Assembly (NCBI GenBank): GCA_964016885.1
Contig: OZ024753.1
Span: 14,384,001 to 14,448,000 of the forward strand
Source: Eledone cirrhosa
Lineage: Eukaryota
Direction of reading: 5' to 3'
DNA length: 64,000 bases
A model generated the notes under the pieces. It ran no database searches and was not told the DNA's origin. It saw only the letters and a list, made by a program, of their open reading frames with translations. Within the stretch, counting starts at the first letter, position 1, and every line of letters starts with the position of its first letter. Below are positions 55,973 through 64,000 of this stretch, in pieces. The position numbers were made by a program, and so were the translations under genes.

Positions 55973-58290
55973 ATGGCCGTACTTAGGATAGGCAGTATAA
56001 ATGTACGTGGCTTGGGGTCATCTTGGAAGCAGGGTCACCTGCTGAACGACCTCAGATTACTAAACATAGATGACCAGAATCTCCGAAGCACGAGATTTCG
56101 CACCGATCTCCGGCGGCTACGATGTATACGCATCTCCCAGTCGTCCGGGATCGGGAGGGGGAGTTGCTGTGCTTTTTCGGAGAGGCTTGGATCTCGCCAT
56201 ACGGGCCATCTTCCTGGACCCAGAAGGTAAGTCTGTGGTGCTGGACGTGACTGGCAGCGAAGGCAATGCTTTCAGGCTAGTAGCCGAATACGCCCCAACA
56301 TGGGCAGGACGGCCAGATTTCTTCAGACCTCTAGAGACCTTTCTTGGAACATCCCGTTCTTTAGTGTTAGTGGGCGACTGGAACTGTATCTTAGATGCAC
56401 GCTGGGATTATGTGGGGTTAATAGAGAGAGGAGGAGGGTGTAAAGCCTCAACAACGTGCTCAGACCTTTTGAACATGGATTATCTGAATGTGCCAATGTG
56501 AACATGGTGGAGGTGCTATGTGGCAACAAATCCACAATTCGGTCTTTGCGTGATCAAAACGGGCGCATGTTGCTCGAACTCGAGCAGATGTGTGAGGCCT
56601 TTCAACAACACTTTGCTCAATTGTTCGGTAGCGGGCTAGATCGGAGTATGGACTTCGGTGCATACCTCGACCGACTGCCGCGGCTCTCGACGAGCGCAGC
56701 GCAGTGTTGCGAAAGTCCGATAACAGCAGGTGAAATACGGGAAGCGATTTCTGACTGCACGAGGGGTAAATCGCCAGGTTTGGATGGTCTGCCCTACGAG
56801 CTTTATGCGGCGACCTCTTGGCAGATGTCTACTGCAACTGGCAGTGGAACGGGAGCATTCCCAGTTTTGTGAGCCGGGGAGCAGTGGAGCTGCTGAGAAA
56901 AGACTCGAACAATGGGGACATTATAGACAACTCCAGGCCCATAACTCTGCTAAACGCAGAGTTCAAGATTTTGGCCAAGAAATTGGCGCTTGTCGTCGGT
57001 GATCAGGTGGGAGAGGCACAGACATACGGCATTCCGGACAGATCCATCCACGACAACCTCCATCTCATGCGATACATCATAGAGAGGGTGGTTAAGGAAC
57101 CTGGAACGGGTGGGGCCCTGATCAACTGAGGCTGCGACATCTCTGGTGCTTCCTTGACGTTGAACAGGTGTGGTCGCCGTTTGCCAGACGCGCTTTTCCC
57201 CAGCTAGTCTCCTTGACGGAGCTGCAGTCCTGGATCAGGAAAAGACCGAGGGATAGCACCGCTTGGAAGCTGGAATGTCTCCAAGCGCTCACCGCCCTCT
57301 ACCAGCTGGGCACTAGTATCGGTGGAACATCCACCTCGGCGTTCTATAGAGGGCTAGTGGCGAGGAAGAGTGACAACGTTTTCAGGGAGACCCTGGGCTG
57401 TTCGCTTTCTTCAAGAGAACTTTTAGACCGGGGCCTATGACAACTTCCAGAAATCCTGGCCTGGCAGTGCTACCGGGGAGCGTTGCCAGTTCGGGATAAG
57501 CTCTACAGGCACGGAGGTACTGTCAGCCGAGATGCGCAGGGCGACGAAACCGTCCTGCACGCACTCGTTTAGTACTTGAGTATTGCTGACTTGTGGAGCT
57601 ATGTCGAACAGCTGCTGTCGCGTGTAGGACAGATCCGGTTATCGACCGAGTCCATTGTGCAGATAGCCCCGCCATCCTCCTTTAAAGAGGAGAAAGGGCA
57701 GGCAGTTTTCCTCTGCCTGGTGGTCATGGCGAAAGAGATTGTGTGGTGGACAAGGTTGAAAGGGTTGAAGACGGACACTTTCCTCTCCGGTCAATCCCTG
57801 ATTAACTTTTTCAAGTTTCACTTGAAGAGGAAAATCAGGGTGGAGAGGCAAGTGCTGTCTTCTAGTAAGTTTGTTGAAAGGTGGGTGAAAGTGATGAGTC
57901 TGGTCCGAGTGAACGGGCCCACTCTGAGTATGCGCTTGTAGACTGAGGAGTGGGATAACTGAGAGAGGGTGCTTGCCCTGGTGGTCAGGATGGCCGCGGT
58001 CTTTTGTGTGGTTTTCACCACGAGTGACCCTTGGAGGTTTCCCCCTTTTTGGGGAATTTTTGTTGTTTGAATTTTGTTTTCATTTCTATCCCAATTTCTA
58101 TCTTGTTATAACCTGTTTACACGACCAAAACCCACTTTGTATCGCCCTGTACTGTTCTGTGCCGTCTCTAATGTTTTTCTTCGTGTCAGCCATTGTGGCC
58201 AATAAAGAAATTATTATTATTATAATAATTATTATAATAATTATTATAATAATTATTATTATAATTATTATTATAATAATTATTATTATT
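55973..58290 (+). mobile_element. Tx1/L1-like LINE, internally deleted and frameshifted
   Basis: APE motifs GSINVRGL, GGVAVLF, LVGDWNCIL; RT KSPGLDGLPYELY, RPITLLNAEFKILAK, RSIHDNL; ends AATAAA plus (ATT)n. Confidence 0.85.
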
Positions 58291-59439
58291 TCTATGTAAG
58301 TGTAGGAGTTGACAAACTAAAAATGTGAAAGAAATCTAAATGTTTTTTTCTCAAGTCTGACATCATAAGATGGCATAAAGTAAACATGGAGCTTTCCATT
58401 TCAAGATTTGTTGTAGCTGGCAGCATTATTCCTTAGATATTTACTTCACATTTGAAGTTCTTCAAGTTTAGAATATAAAAGATTCTTCAGTATTGAACCA
58501 AGAAAACTCCATCAACCACTTCTATCTTGTTTCATTTCAGTCTTTAGTCTTTGATTGTTGATGTTATCATTAGAACTAGCACCACTACTACCACCATCAC
58601 TACCACCATCACTACTACTACCAACACCATCACTACCACCACCACTACTACTACCAACACAACTACCACCACTACTATGGCAACAATTAAGATGACTACT
58701 ACCACAACTACCATCACCACCACCACTAAAGACTCCAGTTGCATTTTCGATTTCATCTTTTTTCCTTATATATATATAAGATGGTGTAGGACAGAACAAA
58801 GGAGAAACATAAAATAAAAACCTAGTCACTGAGGAGGTCACAGAATGTGTGACAAAGAGCTTTGACAATATATAAACAACCTTCCGGTTATCGAACCAAC
58901 CAACCAGAAATTTATAATAAATTGAAGTGAAAATAAACTACAGGTGTGTGTGTTTTTATTGGCAGCATGACACTTCCAAAGTATAACAATATATATATAT
59001 ATTTATATATAGCTCCAGTTTACTCAGCTGTAGAAATGAGATGATAGGGACTGGGGTCCCTATCATTCCACTGGAAAGTGGTCGTGGAGGTGCCATGGCA
59101 AAATGAGGTTGGTGTTAGGAAGGGCATCCAGCTGTAGAAATCAAGCCAGAATCAGTTCCCGTCCCACCCTTGCAAGCAGGGAAAAGCGGACGTAAAATGA
59201 AATGATGATGAAATGATGATATATACATAGATCAGTACTGAAACCAGGCTAGGAGACCTGTACTCTGTTTATGTATGGTCATTATTGCATGCAGTGTAGA
59301 AGTTGTCGTGTCTTTTGACAAAAACTGAAGGACCCTACTAACCCTTTCTTTGACAAGCTTTCTATGCATAGGGTTGACATGGGCGCCTAATATAAGGTAA
59401 CCTGACTTGGTTCTTAAGAGCAGAATCTGTGGAAGAGCT

Positions 59440-60135
59440 AGAGAATAAATTCTGGGTTTGGAAACACAACTTTGAGTCAAAATAGTTTAAAGTAAACTTA
59501 AGAAGAAACTAAAGTTTTGGTAAACAGGAAAGAAGACAGCAATCTCATCCCATCGGGAAAGTGGTGATGTTCAATTTGTAGAAAAGGAATTGGTAGTAGC
59601 TATATACAATATATGTAAAAGAGGTGTAGTGAGATTAGTTGGGCAACTAACATAAATGGTAAACTTTGTATGTGACAGATGCTCAGGGATAGTTAGTAAT
59701 AAGAGCATCAGTGAAATATATATTTTCCAATCCCAAGAAGGATCCATAGAAATAGTTGATAGCTTCTGCTACCTAGGTAATCAAATTAGTTGGGGAGGAG
59801 GCTGTACTGAGAATACATATCTAGGGTAAGAACAGGAGAGAAAAAGTTCAGGGAGCTACTATCTCTGTTGACAACAAAATGTTTTTCTCTAGGAATAAAA
59901 AGCTGGCTGTATGAGGTCTGCGTAGAGTGTGATGCAGCATGATAGTGAGACATGTGCAATAAATGCAGAGGATAGGTGAAGACTAGAGAGAAATTAAGCG
60001 AGCTGTGAAATGATAATGTGTGTGAATGGCAAAGCAGGGATGAACTGCAGGAAAAGATGAACATAAGAATAATCAGATATAGTATGCAGGAGAGAAGACT
60101 GCATTGGTAGGTCATGTGATGTCTATAGATGATAA
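59440..60135 (+). mobile_element. Highly decayed RTE fragment
   Basis: Remnants CRKGIG, FVCDRC, EIVDSFCYLG; related to the element at 62982. Confidence 0.6.
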
Positions 60136-60251
60136 TCGCAAAGTAATTTACAGTAACAAAATGGCATCTAGAAAGACTTTATGTTTACACTCACCCTCTA
60201 TATTCAGGAGCTGATTATTACTAGAATTCTATAAGAATCCAGTTTCTATAA

Positions 60252-60342
60252 TTTTTGGCGGAAGCGGGGGAATACATGGCTCTGATGAATGCCAACCAGC
60301 GTGAAACAGACTGTCACCTTCTCTCCCTTCTTTCGCCAAAAA
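60252..60342 (+). ncRNA. Hammerhead ribozyme motif with extended stem I
   Basis: CTGATGA atgc-caacca-gcgt GAAA cag-a-ctg TC (GUC); outer helix ttttggcggaag/ctttcgccaaaa. Confidence 0.65.
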
Positions 60343-61188
60343 GAAGTAAGTGACATAGTCACTACTTTAAAACTGATAGCGTAAGGTCTTCAAAATGTTT
60401 TTAATTAAACATACGGTATATAGCCAAATATACTATACATACATTCATGTATACATCACTATTTCAGAGCACCAATCCTATTATATATATATATATATAT
60501 ATATAATGAAGGAAGTGTGGTAAGGAACCAGTTGGACCATAACGCACCAGAGTACTCAATACTTAGAGTAGTAGAGTGGGTAATAGGAAAATGTATAACC
60601 CCAACGGCAGAGCTCAAGCCATTCCGACGACTCTAGAAATAGCCGTCGAAATGGCTTGAGCTCTGCCGTCGGGGTTATCTATCTATCTATCTAACCACCA
60701 CCACCATCATCATCATCATCATCGTCGTCGTCGTCGTCGTCGTTTAACGTCTATTTTTCCATGCTAGCACGGGTATATATATAATATGAGATTATAGTGT
60801 AGTACTTCACTATTTTGGGGGTAAAATGAGAGAAGCTCAATGTCACATTATGAAGGTGACATTATAACTGTATTGACATGTGTGAAGAAACAAAAGAATA
60901 AATAATAATTTCATATCACTGATTTTTTCTCTATCCCAGCACTTGGGTTGATATAATTTACTAAATCTGAGGAGGGGTGATGCCCTAATAAAGCTGCAGT
61001 CTAAAGAGATGGAAACCAGTAAAACAACAAGACAAAAAATAACCCCAAAGATGAAACAATGTCTGTGGCATTTGTTTTCATTAAGAATTTATTATGAAAC
61101 CATTGCTTCTGACAAGACCTGCTGGAAGGAGAGCTTTAGGACTCTGTGTCTACCACCTCTCCCATGACCCCCTCAGGTTTAAGTGGGA

Positions 61189-61310
61189 GAAAGAAGAAGA
61201 AGAAGAAGAAGAAGAAGAAGAAGAAGAAGAAGAAGAAGAAGGGGGAGGAAGAAGAAGGAGGAGAAAGAGGAGCGGGAGAAGGAGAATATGAAGGAGGAGG
61301 AGGAGGAGGA
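61189..61310. repeat. (GAA)n/(GGA)n purine tract
   Basis: Directly visible. Confidence 0.9.
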
Positions 61311-61729
61311 TTTATTATGAAACAACTGAGACTTAATGAAAATCGGTCAGGAATTCAATAAATCACTTGAATAAAATGAAAATTTCCATTAAAAAAAATA
61401 ATCAAATTTAAATTAGGACATATTTAAAGAGAAAATTATAAAAGTGAGCAACAAGTATCAAAATAATGATAAGATGTTCAGGAATTATCTAATTAAAAAT
61501 TAATAATTAATAATTAAAGATTAAAATTTAATATTTTATAACTAATATTGTATCAGATAATTTCATAGAAATTAGAAAGAATTACGGCTAATAATGATTT
61601 CAACCTTCTTTATCCTGTTTTGTCAGGAAATAAAGGACACTGCTTATGATTCTTTAAAGGGGTTTCTGAGACTGATTTATACAAGGGAAGGAGGGAGGTA
61701 TCTTACAACCATAGATGGGGCCCAAATGT

Positions 61730-61925
61730 TCTCCTAAAGACATCCAAGAACAAGGAGGTGCTTTTAAAACTAGAGATATGGCTTGAATGCTAGCAACAGA
61801 TTTTATGTTCCAAAAGACATCTAGAAACCAGGTATAGTGCTTTTTAAAACTGGAGATAGGGTCTGAATGCTTGCAACAGAGTTGGCTTCCCAAAAGACAT
61901 CCAAGAACTAGGAGGTGCTTTTAAA
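61730..61925. repeat. ~78-bp degenerate tandem repeat (about 3 copies)
   Basis: aaagacatccaagaac..ggaggtgcttttaaaac recurs at ~61736, 61812 and 61891. Confidence 0.7.
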
Positions 61926-62744
61926 CAGAATGAAATCTACTCCCCAAGGTAGCACAAAGCCTTAAATCTTAAATGTTAGAGGAGGGGTTAGTTAATGATA
62001 TAAATACCCTAATATTTGATTGATACTTTAATATATCCACATCTGAAAGTTAACCCTGGTGATATTAGAATTGAAACAACAAAAAGACACACCGTATATA
62101 CTTGAATATAAGCTTTCCCCACCTATATTATGCCTGAGAAATGAGCAGAAATCAAAACACCATTTATAAGCCGAGGCAGCTAATGAACATGTTATGTTTA
62201 GATGACAAATATAAGCTGATCTTGCTCAAATTTTACCATCGATTTTTTGGTTACATATTCCTTGGTTTATATTGAAATATATACGTTGATTACATTCTGA
62301 AAGGTAATTTTGTCAGCTGCTCTACCAACTCTACAAATCAAACACGCATATCAGACAATAGCAGTAATGGAGAAAGAGATATAATCCCTGAAATTGACTC
62401 CAGTACATGACTAGTAAAGCGACAAATTGAAAGATTTAATAGAGTGACGGATAATTTAGTTTGTTTTGGCTCAATCCTCTTAGTGATGAATCCAGTTCAT
62501 CTGAGCTCTTAAATGTTATCCAACTTACTTGGGTGGGAGGTCTAACCCTGGTTCTCCTGCTGGCTGGTTTCCCTCACAAAATCTGTCCAGTGATTCCCAA
62601 CTTAGACATGGTCAGCAATTTTGTGGGGAGGGGAATGTTGATTATATCAAACCCAGTACTTGACTGGTACTTTATTTTATTCACTATGAAGCGAAAACCA
62701 ACCAAACATTGAGTATGTTCTGTTATTATTTCTGGCAATATTAT

Positions 62745-62785
<41 letters not shown>

Positions 62786-62788
62786 ACA

Positions 62789-62882
<94 letters not shown>

Positions 62883-62886
62883 AATA

Positions 62887-62929
<43 letters not shown>

Positions 62930-62981
62930 ATACATATATATATACATATATATATACATATATATATACATATATATATGT

Positions 62982-64000
62982 ATGACGGGTAAGGCGGCTG
63001 GTCCTTCGGAAATAGTTGCTGAGATGCTGAAGGCATCTGGTTCGGTGGGACACACCATGGTCACCCGGATAGTTAACCAAGTCGTACAGAATGGGGTTGT
63101 TCCGAAGGACTGGCGTAGCAGCATCATCGTTAACTGCTATAAGGGAAAAGGAGATGCCCTAGATAGGAGTAACGATAGAGGCATTAAATTAATCGACCAG
63201 GTCATGAAGGTCACGGAAAAAGTAATAATGCAACTAATCAGAGAGAGAATTGATCTAGATGAAATGCAGTTCAGATTTGTGTCAGGCAAAAGTACCACAG
63301 ACGCTCTTTTCATTGTACGACAACTACAGGAGAAGTACCTAGCTAAAAGTAAACCCCTATACTTAGCTTTCGTCGACTTGGAGAAAGCCTTCGACAGAGT
63401 CCCCCGTTCCATTATCTGGTGGTCTCTTAGAAAACTAGGTGTTGACGAATGGCTTGTGAGAGCTATACAAGCCATGTATAAAGAAACAGTCAGTAAGGTT
63501 AGAATTAACAACAAATATAGTGAAGAGTTTAGCGTAAAAGTTGGTGTCCATCAGGGCTCTGTTCTTAGCCCCCTACTATTTATTATTGCCCTTCAGGCTA
63601 TAACAGAGGAGTTCAAAACCGGCTGCCCATGGGAACTCCTATACACAGATGATCTAACGCTCATAGCTGAATCAATGACCGAACTAGAGAAGAAATTCCA
63701 AACATGGAAGCACGGCCTAGAATCAAAAGGCCTTAAAATTAACCTGGCTAAGACTAAAGTTCTAGTTTGTAGGAAAGAAAATATGGCGGCAGTCCCATCT
63801 GGGAAATGGCCATGCTCAGTGTGTAGGAAAGGCGTAGGTAGAAACTCCATTTTATGTCCCAAATGCAAAGTATGGGTGCATAAAAGATGTAGTGGGATCA
63901 CAGGTAAGCTAACTAAGAACATAGATTTTACATGTGGCCGGTGCTCTGGTGCAATAAGTAGCAGCAAGTGCCCACAAAATACTAGCTCCTTCAACTGCGC
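62982..64000 (+). mobile_element. RTE-clade LINE ORF2 (5'-truncated, open to window end) with embedded PHD finger
   Basis: Open frame [60 protein letters not shown]...CPKC..VHKRC...CGRC; absent from the ORF track, probably because no stop occurs in the window. Confidence 0.9.

Noticed and set aside
58512-58868. Gly/Ser-, Val- and Thr-rich ORFs
   Set aside because: (ACC/ACT)n trinucleotide tract.
61094-61361. Poly-E / poly-K ORFs
   Set aside because: (GAA)n microsatellite translations.

Overview
AT-rich, microsatellite-saturated animal genomic DNA; the SINE/RTE/Penelope repeat content resembles an octopus (cephalopod) genome (inference). Almost all long ORFs in the track are microsatellite artefacts. 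The one host gene I can reconstruct is a 4-exon + strand gene (5325-5416, 18661-18783, 43795-43969, 46021-46281; GT-AG introns of ~13.2, 25.0 and 2.1 kb, phases 2/2/0). It encodes a 216-aa putatively secreted protein: a signal-like leader, a Thr-rich stub, an 18-Cys furin-like module resembling the membrane-proximal Cys-rich ectodomain of invertebrate EGFR, and a Thr-rich tail, with no L domains, TM or kinase. Its introns hold ~20 kb of (TA)n(CA)m arrays, a Neptune-type Penelope-like element (PLE; RT plus truncated GIY-YIG) and many fold-back PLE-like termini. About 17 type I hammerhead ribozyme (HHR) motifs from several families occur in the window, nearly all intronic, and the PLE ORF is fused to its 3' repeat at the predicted hammerhead cleavage site. 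Also present: CR1-like, Tx1/L1-like, CRE and RTE LINE remnants (one RTE with a PHD finger in ORF2), tRNA-derived SINEs, two hAT MITEs with 8-bp TSDs and a solo-LTR-like element. All folds and alignments were done by eye.
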